The notes: generated from the sequence alone by a model not told the origin. A DNA stretch of 64,000 nt from Fibrobacteria bacterium (GCA_037447435.1 JBBIGR010000026.1:1-64000), one strand, 5' to 3'; positions 49,950-60,919 are shown, numbered from the stretch's first letter. Numbers and translations: made by a program.

Positions 49950-51527
49950 ATGAAAAAAAGGGGATTCGACATGAGTAAACAAAAAGACCGCTCACGCGTA
50001 TCGCGCGCGAAAATGGGCGTAATGGGTATTGTTTTCGTACTGCTGTGCGGCAGTTTCGGCGCCGTATTCTCGTACTACACCACCTCGGGCCAAAACATCG
50101 TCGACAGAGCGACCCGGAAGCAAGTCACCATTCTCAAAGGTGTCGGAATCGGGGGGTGGCTCGAACCCGAAGGGTATATGTGGGGAAGCGGCCAATACGA
50201 CAGCCCGCGCAAAATAGAAAAAGCGATCAGCGACCTGATCGGTCCGGCAGCGGCGGATTCGTTTTGGCTTTTATATCATTGGAATTTTTTCAACGAAGCC
50301 GATGTAAAGGCCTGCAAAGGTTGGGGAATGAATGCCATTCGTATTCCCATTGCCGCCGGCGTTTTACAGGCACGCGACAGTCAACCTTCGGCCCCGCCGT
50401 ATAAATATTATCCCGAAGGATGGCGCATTCTCGACAGTCTGGTTACCTGGTGCGATCGTTGGCAGCTCGGAATCATCTGGGACCTGCATTGCGCGCCCGG
50501 CAGCCAGAACGCCCAAAACATTTCCGACGTCGACGCTACGGGCAAAGCAACATTGTGGACCGATACGGCAACGTATTGGCCGCGGACCAAAGACATATGG
50601 TTTAAAATCGCGGACCGTTATAAAACCCGTCCGAGCATAATCGGCTACGATTTGCTCAACGAGCCGCTGGTCACGAGTTTGGGATTCAACGGAAATCTGC
50701 TGCGGAAGATTTACGTCGAATTGACCGATACGATACGGACCATAGACACCGTCGGAATAATGTTTGTCGAAGGGCAATGGTGGGCGCGCGACATTTCGAT
50801 ACTCGAACCCATCAATTGGGACAAACACCTGTGCATTGCACATCACGAATATCCGCCCATCATCAGTTGCGACGGCATGAAAGGTTCGGCGAATGGAACT
50901 TCGTGGGACCCGTGTGCGTCGCGCACCAAATACGATATCCCGATATGGCATGGCGAAACCGGCGAACAAGGCCCGCCGTATTCGCGCAACATCCAGTCGA
51001 CCGATTTCTTGACGACAAATAATATCGGTTATTCCTGGTGGTGCGAAAAGAAATTCAACTCCCAGAATGCGCCGTATAATTGCCCGAAGACTTCCGGCTT
51101 CAACAGCATACTGAGCTATTGGAACGGCGGCGCAAAGCCGTCGGCGACGGATGCGAAAAACTGGCTTTTCGACCAGGCGCGTAAAACGACCATAAGTTAT
51201 TGCACGCTCGATGCGGACATGATCAGTTCGCTTAAACTGGATCCCAAGGGTATCGTTTCGGCGCTTCCGTTTACCCCGGCCCGGGAAAAGATGGACCGTA
51301 CTATGATAATCGCGCACAAAACCGGCGCTCTTGCGATAGAATTGCCGTCGGATCAAAAGTTTACAACCGAAATTATCGACATGCGGGGTAAAACCGTTTA
51401 TCGGAAAACCGTGAACGGTTCGCGTCTCGATATTGCAAACGACGCGATTCCTTCCGGTTTGTACATTGTCCGGGTGGCGGGTGAAAAAACGGTGCTGCAA
51501 CAGCGGTTCGTCGCCTTGCATAAGTAA
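49950..51527 (+). CDS. GH5 glycoside hydrolase with T9SS-like tail
   Basis: GIGGWLEPEGYM, GMNAIRIP, DLHCAPGSQN, GYDLLNEP, WHGETGE; start uncertain (49935-49971). Confidence 0.85.
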   Translation: MKKRGFDMSKQKDRSRVSRAKMGVMGIVFVLLCGSFGAVFSYYTTSGQNIVDRATRKQVTILKGVGIGGWLEPEGYMWGSGQYDSPRKIEKAISDLIGPAAADSFWLLYHWNFFNEADVKACKGWGMNAIRIPIAAGVLQARDSQPSAPPYKYYPEGWRILDSLVTWCDRWQLGIIWDLHCAPGSQNAQNISDVDATGKATLWTDTATYWPRTKDIWFKIADRYKTRPSIIGYDLLNEPLVTSLGFNGNLLRKIYVELTDTIRTIDTVGIMFVEGQWWARDISILEPINWDKHLCIAHHEYPPIISCDGMKGSANGTSWDPCASRTKYDIPIWHGETGEQGPPYSRNIQSTDFLTTNNIGYSWWCEKKFNSQNAPYNCPKTSGFNSILSYWNGGAKPSATDAKNWLFDQARKTTISYCTLDADMISSLKLDPKGIVSALPFTPAREKMDRTMIIAHKTGALAIELPSDQKFTTEIIDMRGKTVYRKTVNGSRLDIANDAIPSGLYIVRVAGEKTVLQQRFVALHK

Positions 51528-51625
51528 ATCAATACGGTCCGTATACCGTTGCAACGTCCGGCCGGTTATTGTAAAACGTCGGTATATATCGAGTTCATCT
51601 ATTTTTATAATACAAGAGGTACGGT

Positions 51626-53218
51626 ATGCAATTGTCACTATCGGGTCGTTTGGTTGCGGCACTGTTCGCCGCCATGGTTTCCGCCTCGTTCGCACAAACC
51701 ATTAGTCCCCTTCTGGTGGGACAGAATGTGTGGATGAATCCAAACGACAAGATTTGGCAGCTGGTTACCGATTGCGGCGTGCAATCGATTCGCATCGGCG
51801 GGGCAGGCTACGACAACGGTATGCCGAGCAATGCGACGCTCATGGATTGGGTGACAAGAATCAAGAAAATGGGCGCAGAACCCATCATGCAGGTATCCAG
51901 ATACGGCAATGCCCAGCAAGCGGCAAACCTGGTCACCTATTTTAATAAAACCTCGAATGTCCACATTACGTATTGGTCAATCGGCAACGAGCCGGATTTG
52001 AATGCAAGCCCCGGCGCCGCCAATGTCGCGGCATATATCAAATCGTTTGCCACTGCCATGAAGGCGGTTGACCCGACCATTAAAATTTATGTTGCGGATT
52101 GCGCATGGCTCGACGCACCGTATTACAATTCGCTGTTCGGCGGGGACCAGGATGTATGCGGCAAGGATAATAACGGCAATTATTATGTCGACGGCGCATC
52201 GTTCCATACCTATCCGTTCGGCAGTTCCTACAGTCGCGATCAGGTGGTAAACACCGCTGCGGCCGGCATTCGGAGCAGCGCGGTCACGTTGAAGGCTTTA
52301 TTGTCAAATGCAAATACGAAAAACAACCGGACCGGTGCCAATGCCCTTGGCTGGGGACTCACGGAATTCAACATAACCTATGCGAATCCCAGTCCCAATA
52401 ACCCGGACGGATACGGCGTCCATTCCTACCTGAACGGCCAGTTTTTTGCCGAAGTATTCGGCATCGGCATGGCCTATGGCGCAAATTTTATGAATACCTG
52501 GAGCATGTTCGAAAGCAACGGCAGCCGCAACAGCACGGACCTCAGTTTCCTGGACGGTACAAACATGACGCCACGGTCGTCATATTATCACATGCAACTC
52601 ATTGCCAAGAATTTCTCGGGTACTTACGCGGCAGGAACTTCGAATCTTGCCAATGTAAGGGCCTATGGCTGTAAAGATACGGGCAAGATCTGCGTGATGA
52701 TTTTGAACATGGAAAACTCGGCCCAGCGAGCGTATACGGTACAGCTCAATACAACGGCGATAAGCGGAAGCGCGGAATCTAAAATCAATATCGACGCGGG
52801 TTGCGCAAAAAGCTATTCGGGCACCATAGCGAACCAATCGACACAAGTATTGGTGTTCACCGCCGACGGCCAGATTTCAAAAAAATATTCCTATTCCTTG
52901 ACCATGTATAGTGCGAATCAGGCGCCGTCGGTTGAGACTTTTTCCGTGAAAACCATACCGGATTCACGGTTTACCCGAAGCGAACGATTTTCGTCGCCCC
53001 ATTTGACGGTATACGGACCGGAGGTCGACGTATCCCTTCCCGCATCGGGACATTTTTCGATAGACCTTATTTCCGCTACCGGCAAAACCGTGTCCTCGAT
53101 GAGCGGATACGGGACATCGTACCGGCTGCACTGTGCGGATCGTGCTCCCGGAATATACTTTGTCAAACTTCAAGCCGCCGGAAAATGCATTATGCGGAAA
53201 TTGATACTCGATAAATGA
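51626..53218 (+). CDS. Clan GH-A glycoside hydrolase (GH44/51/79-like) with T9SS-like tail
   Basis: SIRIGG, YWSIGNEPD, AMKAVDPTIKI, SFHTYPF, LTEFN. Confidence 0.65.
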   Translation: MQLSLSGRLVAALFAAMVSASFAQTISPLLVGQNVWMNPNDKIWQLVTDCGVQSIRIGGAGYDNGMPSNATLMDWVTRIKKMGAEPIMQVSRYGNAQQAANLVTYFNKTSNVHITYWSIGNEPDLNASPGAANVAAYIKSFATAMKAVDPTIKIYVADCAWLDAPYYNSLFGGDQDVCGKDNNGNYYVDGASFHTYPFGSSYSRDQVVNTAAAGIRSSAVTLKALLSNANTKNNRTGANALGWGLTEFNITYANPSPNNPDGYGVHSYLNGQFFAEVFGIGMAYGANFMNTWSMFESNGSRNSTDLSFLDGTNMTPRSSYYHMQLIAKNFSGTYAAGTSNLANVRAYGCKDTGKICVMILNMENSAQRAYTVQLNTTAISGSAESKINIDAGCAKSYSGTIANQSTQVLVFTADGQISKKYSYSLTMYSANQAPSVETFSVKTIPDSRFTRSERFSSPHLTVYGPEVDVSLPASGHFSIDLISATGKTVSSMSGYGTSYRLHCADRAPGIYFVKLQAAGKCIMRKLILDK

Positions 53219-53259
53219 CGGATTCCGAGTAAAAGAACAATTCAGATTATACTTAATTT

Positions 53260-53335
53260 CCCTCACCCCTTTTCCCCTCTCCCATTAATGGGAGAGGGGA
53301 AAAGGGGTGAGGGGGTTAAGGGGTGAGGGTTAAAA
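53260..53335. repeat. REP-like element with a perfect 54-bp palindrome
   Basis: CCCTCACCCCTTTTCCCCTCTCCCATT|AATGGGAGAGGGGAAAAGGGGTGAGGG (53260-53313), then GGTTAAGGGGTGAGGGTTAAAAA. Confidence 0.85.
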
Positions 53336-53423
53336 AGGCAATAAAGTGATCATTTTTATAAATTACTTAGTAATAAGAAGTTTGTTTTGAAACAAACATA
53401 TTCTCTTTGAGAGGATTCATATT

Positions 53424-56111
53424 ATGATGAAACGTACGGCAAACTATGTTATAGTCAATGCCCTTTTTGCATTGCTCTGTTTCTATGGCATAGGTTATGG
53501 CTTTACCTGCCCGGGATCTGAAGCGGGAAATACCAATTCAAACGGCAATTACGTGCTCGGCATGCCTATCGGCGGCATCGGCGGGGGAAACTTTAATTTC
53601 CTGCCCGACGGCAAGTACAATCAGACCTGGATCCGCGTTGCCGCCGATGCAGGCGCAGCACCGCTGTGCATGGTTTTCGAAAAAAGGGGGGCAACGGTAT
53701 TTTCGGCCAATTTACAAAATGCGGGATCGATGACCACCACGTTTACCGGTTATTGGCCCACGGTCAAAATGCAATACGCGCAAACCGGCATGATAGACAA
53801 CGTCGGTATGGAATGCTTTTCTCCTATTTGCACGGGAGACAATAAGAACTCTTCCTTGCCGCTTGCGTTTTTCATATTCACCGTTACCAATACGGGTACC
53901 GCAGCCGACACGGTCGCATTCGCGCTTTCCAACGGAGCAAATGCGACGGTGATAAAAAACGGGACAAAAGTCATCGGCATGAAAAGCAATACGGTTTGCG
54001 TCATGGTCGATACGGCAAAAACCAATGATGCGGACACGATCACCTGCGGAAACGCGGCCTCCGATTTCACCCAGGACGGGTTGCTTGCAAACAATGCCGC
54101 AGGGATACTGGCAAAGCGCGTCGTTGTTGCCCCCAATTCGAGTGCAACCGTTACCTTCAGCGTCGCATGGACAAATGTCAATAACGGCTATTACCGCAAT
54201 TTCTTCACCGATGCGCAGGTCCTCGCCGCTTACGGCAGGGACAGCGCGATCGTTCTCAAAGCAAAAGTCGACAATTGGCACAATAAAATCCTTAATTCAA
54301 ATCTTCCGGACTGGCTCAAAGATTTGGCAATCAATTGCCTGCATGTGTATAATTCCATGACCGATTGGGTCACGCCGAACACCTACGGTATGGCCGAATC
54401 CATGAGCAGCGGCATTTACGGTACGAACGACCAGGCGTATCATGCATCGTTTGCCTTGCCGGTCTTTGCGCCGGATGCGGAATGGTCGCAGGTCGAACGA
54501 ATGGCCACCACGGCCCAGCAAACAAACGGCCTGTTCGGGCATACGTATAATTTCGGCGACGGCGTGCGCGCGGACGTCGGGCAGAAATTCATACTCGAGG
54601 TTTATCGTAATTATCAATGGACCGGAAACACGGCCCAGCTCACCGCGCGGTATAACAATATCGCCCTTGCCGTTTCCGGCATTCGCGGCGAAGACAACAA
54701 CAACGATGGGTTGACCGACGATAACAATATGACCACCTACGACAACGCGGGCACTGCCTGGAACATACCGTCCAAGGAATTCGACAACGAAATTTATCTG
54801 GGCGCGCTCAAGGCTGCGGCGAGTGCCGCTTCGGCGCTTGGCAAACCGGCCGATTCCGCAAAGTTTGCAGGGTATTTCAATACGAGTTCGGCAAGTTTCG
54901 AGAAAAATAACGGCAGCGGGTTTTGGGATTCTACCAGAGCAAGCTCCAGCGGAAAGAAAGGGTATTATACGGGCTCGACCAATACCTCGGCCAACGGCCA
55001 GGCGATTTGGGACGGATCGCTTTTTGGCCAATGGGGTGCCGATGTATGCGGGCTGGGGCCGCTGCATCCCGAAAGCAGGATCGAAAGCCAGTTGCGGATG
55101 ATAAACGACGCCTGTCTTGACCAGCGCAACCCGCCCTGTTACGCGTTGATGCAGGCATATCCGAATGTCAATTGCTCCGGCGGCAATCCGCAGGGAACGT
55201 ATTTCAACACTACCTGCGTCACCTATAGCGCGTATCCTGCGGGCGATTTGTGCGTCGGGTTCGGACACAACAGTCCCGACATTTCCATGCGCGCCCTGCA
55301 TGCGTTCTGGAACAACACGTTCAGTAAATACAAGCGCGTGTATAATGTGCCGTGCAAATTCGACATCAACGGCGCAGGGACCGACTGGGGCATAAACCGG
55401 TATATGAATCCGCCCGCTTGCTTCGCATCGCTATACGGCATCATGGGTTTTGCCATCGATATCAATGCAAAGAAAATCTGGCTCAAGCCGTCTTTACCCA
55501 CCGGTGCGCAGTATAAAATGGATTCTCTTATCGCAGGTCCGCTCATGAATCCGCTTTCGTGCGGTACCATCGATTATCGCAAAGACCCGGCAACAAGCGG
55601 CCAGCGTTTGTTCGTGAAATTCGATTCTCCGTTGCAGTTCGACCGGATGTTCGTTAAAAAACTGGGATCGCAAAAAGTGGCCGTTACAAAACAGGGCGCA
55701 AGCGTAAACGCAACCATAGCGGTGAACACCGGCGACACGTCGGAATACATGATATCCTTTGCCAATACGCTTTCCATAGACAAATCCGGCGTCGGTATTA
55801 TTGTCGGCGATTATCCCGTTTCCACCCGAGTTGCCCTGCAACAAGGTCAAAAAGCGGTAACATTTAACGCCGCGGTACGGCAAAAAACGGTTTACTTTTC
55901 TTATTACTTGCCACAGGCGGCACCGGTTTCGATATTCTTGGTCAATTCTTTGGGCCGCACTTGGGCCGTTGGGGTTGTTGCCGGCGATTGCGGCGTTGGC
56001 GCCCATACCGTGCGATATACCTGGAACGATAAACCCGCCGGAGTTTACTATGCAAAGTTAATGGCGGGGAACGCTTGTGTGGAAACCGGGAAGTTCGTCA
56101 CCGTCAGATAA
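53424..56111 (+). CDS. GH116-like glycosidase with T9SS-like tail
   Basis: GMPIGGIGGG, FSP...KNSSLP, LPDWLK, GTNDQ, TTYDN, SLFGQW, RYMNP. Confidence 0.75.
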   Translation: MMKRTANYVIVNALFALLCFYGIGYGFTCPGSEAGNTNSNGNYVLGMPIGGIGGGNFNFLPDGKYNQTWIRVAADAGAAPLCMVFEKRGATVFSANLQNAGSMTTTFTGYWPTVKMQYAQTGMIDNVGMECFSPICTGDNKNSSLPLAFFIFTVTNTGTAADTVAFALSNGANATVIKNGTKVIGMKSNTVCVMVDTAKTNDADTITCGNAASDFTQDGLLANNAAGILAKRVVVAPNSSATVTFSVAWTNVNNGYYRNFFTDAQVLAAYGRDSAIVLKAKVDNWHNKILNSNLPDWLKDLAINCLHVYNSMTDWVTPNTYGMAESMSSGIYGTNDQAYHASFALPVFAPDAEWSQVERMATTAQQTNGLFGHTYNFGDGVRADVGQKFILEVYRNYQWTGNTAQLTARYNNIALAVSGIRGEDNNNDGLTDDNNMTTYDNAGTAWNIPSKEFDNEIYLGALKAAASAASALGKPADSAKFAGYFNTSSASFEKNNGSGFWDSTRASSSGKKGYYTGSTNTSANGQAIWDGSLFGQWGADVCGLGPLHPESRIESQLRMINDACLDQRNPPCYALMQAYPNVNCSGGNPQGTYFNTTCVTYSAYPAGDLCVGFGHNSPDISMRALHAFWNNTFSKYKRVYNVPCKFDINGAGTDWGINRYMNPPACFASLYGIMGFAIDINAKKIWLKPSLPTGAQYKMDSLIAGPLMNPLSCGTIDYRKDPATSGQRLFVKFDSPLQFDRMFVKKLGSQKVAVTKQGASVNATIAVNTGDTSEYMISFANTLSIDKSGVGIIVGDYPVSTRVALQQGQKAVTFNAAVRQKTVYFSYYLPQAAPVSIFLVNSLGRTWAVGVVAGDCGVGAHTVRYTWNDKPAGVYYAKLMAGNACVETGKFVTVR

Positions 56112-56162
56112 AATCAACGGCAATACCGAAACTTGCCGTCTGTATGAGGAGCGAGGCCGATT

Positions 56163-59054
56163 TTGAAGGACGGGAAATCCGGGCAATTACTGTTTATTCT
56201 TTATTTTTTATCCGGGTTTTGCGCGCTTGTCTATGAAGTTTTATGGACAAGAATGTTCGGATTCGTTCTTGGCACCACCAGTGTCGCATGGGCAATCGTC
56301 CTTGCGGCATATATGGGCGGCATGGCGCTGGGTTCGTTTTTCGGCGGCCGCCTGGCCGACCGCATCGCCAATCCGCTTAAGGCTTTTGCGTTTTGTGAAG
56401 TTGCAATCGGTCTTTTCGGCGCATGTTCATGGCCTATAATCGGTGTAGCGCAGCAGGTTTTTTCTTCCCCCTCGTTTTTGACCCTTGTCCCCGCGCCGCT
56501 TACCGAAATAGTAAAAATAACCGCATCGGTATTGATGCTTTCGGTACCCACCGCTTGTATGGGCGCGACATTCCCGCTTGTGAGCCGCGGCATATTGACT
56601 CGAAATTCCGGTAATGCCAAAGCAATCGGGCTCATTTATTCCGTCAATACGTTCGGCGCTGTTTTGGGTGCCGTGTCCACCGGCTTCGTATTGTTGTCGG
56701 GCCTGGGAATTTCCCTTTCACTGTTTGCGGCCGCATCAATCAACATCGTCATCGCGACGATACTTTTATTTGCATTTAAACAAAATCTTCCGCAAAACCC
56801 GGACCCCGATTTGGAATTGGAAATTAAAACCCCCAAGACCTTCGATGACGGGAGGATGCGCGTTTTCGCATTTGTTCTTGCCTGTACGGGATTTTGCACC
56901 ATGGCTTTCGAAGTGCTGTGGGCGCGATCCCTTGTTTATTTTCTGACAAGCACGACCTATGCGTTTACGGCCATGCTCAGCGTGGTCCTTGCAGGGCTTG
57001 CCTGCGGCGCGATGATTGCAACGGCAATCGGCAAAAAAACGACAAACGGTCGCATATGGATATCCGCTTTTCAAATGTTCATCGGGATATTCGCCTGCAT
57101 AACGCCCTTGCTTTTGCAGCATATCGATCCGTTGATTCATCATATCGAAACCGCGCTTTCGCATACCTGGTTTAATTGGGTGATTGTGCGCTATGCGGTT
57201 TGTTTAGGAATGGTTTTTCCGCCCGCATTGTGTATGGGGGCCACGTTTCCATTGTCCATGGGTTATGCAATCGGGTCGTTCAAAGATTCGGGAAAATCAA
57301 TCGGGTTGCTGCTTTTTGTCAATACCGCCGCTTCGATACTTGGGGCGCTTACGGTTACCTTTCTCTTTGTGCCGAGCGTGGGTACACAAGCCTCGTTTGT
57401 CGTTATCGCCCTGGGGAATTTTTGCGCAGGATTTTTCGTATTCGGTCGAAACAAAATCGCCCGGTCTAAATTATTTATTCCGACAGTTGCGGTAATCGCA
57501 TTGTTGCTTGTCGTATTGTTATTATTTGCAAACAAATTTCCAATGGTAGGCTTCAGCAGCGCCGTTCGCATGGCCCAGCGTCCTATTCGTGTGGTTTCGT
57601 ATAAAGAAGACCGGGCTGTAAGCGTTGCGGTATTGAAAACGGACCGCGAGCGAATTCTTAATATAGACGGATTCAATGCCGCGGGCACGTACCGATACGA
57701 ATACATGCATCTGATGGGGCATTTGCCGGTTCTTTTGGCACAGCATCCGGATACCGCGCTCGTTATTTGTCTTGGCACCGGCACCACCTGCGGAGCCGTC
57801 GGGCTGCATGAGAATGTATTGTGGGTAGATTGTGCCGAAATTTCCAGAGCGGTCATTTCGTCCGTAAATGTATTTGCCGATGTCAACAATAACCTCGAAC
57901 GGAATTTAAAAATCCATATTCTTTGTGAAGACGGAAGGAACCATTTGCTTCGTTCGAAGCGGATGTACGACGTCATTACCCTCGAACCCATGCATCCGTA
58001 TTTGTCATCGGCCACGAATTTGTATTCCGCCGATTTTTACGCACTATGCAAAAAGCGGCTTTCACAACACGGTGTCATGGCGCAATGGGCGCCGCTGCAT
58101 GTTTTATCTCCCAAAGAATATCGCATGCTCATTCATAGCTTTACGTCGGTGTTTCCGCATGCGTCTTTGTGGTTTTTAGGCACCGAAGGGATTTTGATAG
58201 GAACAATGGATTCATTGCATTTGAATATCGATGCGCTAAAAATGAAAATGGCACAGGAAGGTGTTGCAAAGGATATGGCAACGATTTCGCTGGCCGAACC
58301 GGCCCGGTTGCTTTCATGTTTCGTCATGGATGAGCGCGCGCTTGCGGCATATGTCGATGGCGTCGGGACAATGACCGACGACCGCCCGATAATAGAATTC
58401 ACGGCGCCGCGAAACCTTGCTTTGCCTGCAGACCGGATGTGGCTTGCGAATATGGAAGAATTGGAAAAACGGCGGGTTTCGGTCTTGCCGTTTATCGATC
58501 AAGGCTCTCATTTTTCGCTTGCCGAGGTGGTTAGATCCGGCGAGGCTGCATCCTTTGGGATGAAATCGGAAATAGCGTTTGTCAAACAGGATTTTTCCCA
58601 TGCCTTGGCCCTTGCCGATTCCGCTTTGGCGCGCGTGAGCGGCGATACCACGTTCAAAATGATTAGGGCCCAGGCGGCAGAAGGGGTTATGACGATAAGC
58701 TTAAATAAGGCCCGGTGGTTTCGTCGTCTGGGAAATTTACAGGAGGCGGAGAAAGCCTATTTACAGGCATCGGCTGTCGATTCTTCGAGTGCGGCGTTGC
58801 AAACCGAAATTACCACGCTATACACGCAAATGGAATTGTTCGACCTTGCGCTGCCTCATGCATTGCGGGCAACCGAACTGTCGCCCGATCCCGAGCTTAC
58901 GGTCAATCTTGCGGTTGTCTATATGAATTTGAATAGGCCTTCGGATGCACAAACCGCATTACGTCAAGCGCTCCGCCTGCAAAGCTCAAATAAACGTGCG
59001 CTCTATTATCTCAAAATGCTTGATGAAGAAAAGGGAAAAACCTTACAGCTTTAA
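56163..59054 (+). CDS. Fused MFS-type membrane protein/spermidine synthase with C-terminal TPR repeats
   Basis: SGFCALVYEVLWTR repeated, MGATFP, YSVNTFGA, ICLGTGTT, AEIS, EDGRNHL, YDVITLEP, NLYSADFY, DDRPIIEF. Confidence 0.88.
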   Translation: MKDGKSGQLLFILYFLSGFCALVYEVLWTRMFGFVLGTTSVAWAIVLAAYMGGMALGSFFGGRLADRIANPLKAFAFCEVAIGLFGACSWPIIGVAQQVFSSPSFLTLVPAPLTEIVKITASVLMLSVPTACMGATFPLVSRGILTRNSGNAKAIGLIYSVNTFGAVLGAVSTGFVLLSGLGISLSLFAAASINIVIATILLFAFKQNLPQNPDPDLELEIKTPKTFDDGRMRVFAFVLACTGFCTMAFEVLWARSLVYFLTSTTYAFTAMLSVVLAGLACGAMIATAIGKKTTNGRIWISAFQMFIGIFACITPLLLQHIDPLIHHIETALSHTWFNWVIVRYAVCLGMVFPPALCMGATFPLSMGYAIGSFKDSGKSIGLLLFVNTAASILGALTVTFLFVPSVGTQASFVVIALGNFCAGFFVFGRNKIARSKLFIPTVAVIALLLVVLLLFANKFPMVGFSSAVRMAQRPIRVVSYKEDRAVSVAVLKTDRERILNIDGFNAAGTYRYEYMHLMGHLPVLLAQHPDTALVICLGTGTTCGAVGLHENVLWVDCAEISRAVISSVNVFADVNNNLERNLKIHILCEDGRNHLLRSKRMYDVITLEPMHPYLSSATNLYSADFYALCKKRLSQHGVMAQWAPLHVLSPKEYRMLIHSFTSVFPHASLWFLGTEGILIGTMDSLHLNIDALKMKMAQEGVAKDMATISLAEPARLLSCFVMDERALAAYVDGVGTMTDDRPIIEFTAPRNLALPADRMWLANMEELEKRRVSVLPFIDQGSHFSLAEVVRSGEAASFGMKSEIAFVKQDFSHALALADSALARVSGDTTFKMIRAQAAEGVMTISLNKARWFRRLGNLQEAEKAYLQASAVDSSSAALQTEITTLYTQMELFDLALPHALRATELSPDPELTVNLAVVYMNLNRPSDAQTALRQALRLQSSNKRALYYLKMLDEEKGKTLQL

Positions 59055-59330
59055 CAGCCGCGAACCATGAACAATAATGACAATTTCGAGAGCATTTTCT
59101 TTTATGCGGTATACGATGCGGTAATTTCCGAGGATCTTTTCCCGTAAAGTAGGGATATTGTACTCAGGGACAATTCTGCCTATTTCAGGGAATTCTGAAG
59201 TTGTTTCAATAACGTCAAGTACTCGACGTGCAAAAATCATTGCATAGTGTTGCGAATCGCGTTCAATATAGGTGCAGATTTCTTCAAGACATTGGGCTGC
59301 ATGAGGTGACCAAATTATTTTCCGAGCCAT
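59043..59330 (-). CDS. Type II toxin, RelE/ParE family
   Basis: KIIWSPHA...LEEICTYIERDS...FPEIGRIVPE...LRE...NYRIVYRI...VHGSRLL. Confidence 0.88.
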   Translation of the reverse strand: MARKIIWSPHAAQCLEEICTYIERDSQHYAMIFARRVLDVIETTSEFPEIGRIVPEYNIPTLREKILGNYRIVYRIKENALEIVIIVHGSRLLKL

Positions 59331-59503
59331 TTTGAAAGCCTATCTCGGACTATTTCGTGAGGAATTCCTTTTCCTTCGTCGAGTTCCTTCGTGCTTCGAT
59401 CGACTTGAATGCGAAAATGCAATTCCTCCATGATGTCGTCTACCGTGGATTCGTCCGGCAATGCGCGTATCATTTCAATGACTTGGTCTTTTTCTTTAAT
59501 CAT
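59315..59503 (-). CDS. Cognate antitoxin of the RelE/ParE toxin
   Basis: Small acidic 62-aa ORF (LPDESTVDDIMEEL...EGKGIPHE) overlapping the toxin start. Confidence 0.8.
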   Translation of the reverse strand: MIKEKDQVIEMIRALPDESTVDDIMEELHFRIQVDRSTKELDEGKGIPHEIVRDRLSKWLGK

Positions 59504-59740
59504 TATAAAACTCCTTGCAATAACAACAATGTACTATATACTTCCAAAATAATACGGATTCAAGGGGTGAAGTGATTAAAGTGTTATAGGCTTTTAGAGT
59601 CTATAATTTATACGTAATTGTTAAATCACATTAAAAATGCATTTTAATTTGACACGGGATTTAGCAAAAAGCAGTTTTATATCATTAAATTTGACTTGTA
59701 TAGACAATCACCGTATTTATCATTTCTTCAAGGGGGCACC

Positions 59741-60583
59741 ATGTTGAAAAGATTCACGTCTCTGGCTATTTTCGTTTCCGCGTTAACCGTTAGTTTCAGT
59801 TTAAATTCTTCGGCTGGAACTATCAATTTGTTATCGTCCGATAATGTGACCTGGACTGCAGATGTTGGAAATGCCACGTGTACATTATTGCCACGTGTTT
59901 CCGGAGATTCGATTGCGGCAAGTTGGACAATGAAACCGGGTGCATGGAATAATACATGGATTTCAATTTATGGAAAACCGTTAGTAGATTTTTCTAATGC
60001 GGATAGTATAAAAATTGCCTACACTAATGATAATAAGGATGGATTTTCCATTCGTTTGACAATAATTGTAAACTTAGACACCTCGATGTGGCAATCACCT
60101 TATCTTAATGGACATCCATTGCCTCAAGCAGCAACTTTGCCGCTTAATTCGACAACATTTCCTATCCAATTCGCCAAAACCGGTTCAACATTCAGACTTG
60201 ATAGCTTGAAATCGATTTCCTTTATAAATAATACCAATCCTACTACAATTGCTGCCGGTACTACGGTGACCGGCAATTATAATATTACGCAACTTATTGC
60301 AACTACAAAAGGTGCTTCATCCGTTAAACCGACAGCGAACATTGAATCCCGCATCTCCACTGGAGCAATCAAAATTTCAACTTCTGGCTTCGTCGCACCA
60401 ATGGCAGGAACATATACTGTATCCATTTACAATGTGAATGGTGCAATGGTTCGCACATTCAACGGGAATTATAAAGCAGGTTTGAATGCAATTGACTTTT
60501 CTAAAATTGGAGCAGGGTCCTTTATTGTCAAAGTTCTTGGAAATGGTTTGACCGGATCAGACAGATTAGTATTGAGCAAATAA
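59741..60583 (+). CDS. Secreted protein with a possible CBM-like beta-sandwich and T9SS-like tail
   Basis: Signal peptide after a GGGGG RBS; DFSNADSIKIAY; SIYNVNGAMVR...GSFIVKV. Confidence 0.6.
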   Translation: MLKRFTSLAIFVSALTVSFSLNSSAGTINLLSSDNVTWTADVGNATCTLLPRVSGDSIAASWTMKPGAWNNTWISIYGKPLVDFSNADSIKIAYTNDNKDGFSIRLTIIVNLDTSMWQSPYLNGHPLPQAATLPLNSTTFPIQFAKTGSTFRLDSLKSISFINNTNPTTIAAGTTVTGNYNITQLIATTKGASSVKPTANIESRISTGAIKISTSGFVAPMAGTYTVSIYNVNGAMVRTFNGNYKAGLNAIDFSKIGAGSFIVKVLGNGLTGSDRLVLSK

Positions 60584-60596
60584 TATAACGTGACCT

Positions 60597-60658
60597 TCAC
60601 CCCTTCCCCTCTTACCACTAGGGCACTTCGCCCATTAATGGGAGAGGGGAGAAGGTGA
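60597..60658. repeat. REP-like element, degenerate copy
   Basis: TCACCCCTTCCCCTCT...CCCATTAATGGGAGAGGGGAGAAGGTGA. Confidence 0.75.
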
Positions 60659-60919
60659 TCAGGCTTCTCAAAGCAATTTTGTATTATTAATTAATATTCC
60701 CGCTTGAATCCGTTCTTATCAATATGACATTCGTCGCATTATTTCCGCAGATTGCATATCCGCCGTCGGTTGTTTGTTGAACGGAATAACCGTTTTCATC
60801 TCCGGTTCCGCCAAAGGTTTTTGTCCAAGTTTGGGTACAGATCTCAATCACTTAAAAGCAGTTCAAATAAATCAATAGGCCAAATCCAAAGAGAAAAAAA
60901 GTTGTCGGATAAACAATGG

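Noticed and set aside
50364..51695. 443-aa minus-strand ORF (and similar long ORFs at 40122-41105, 54297-55301, 57263-58015)
   Set aside because: Antisense shadows of well-supported plus-strand genes, with no recognisable motifs.
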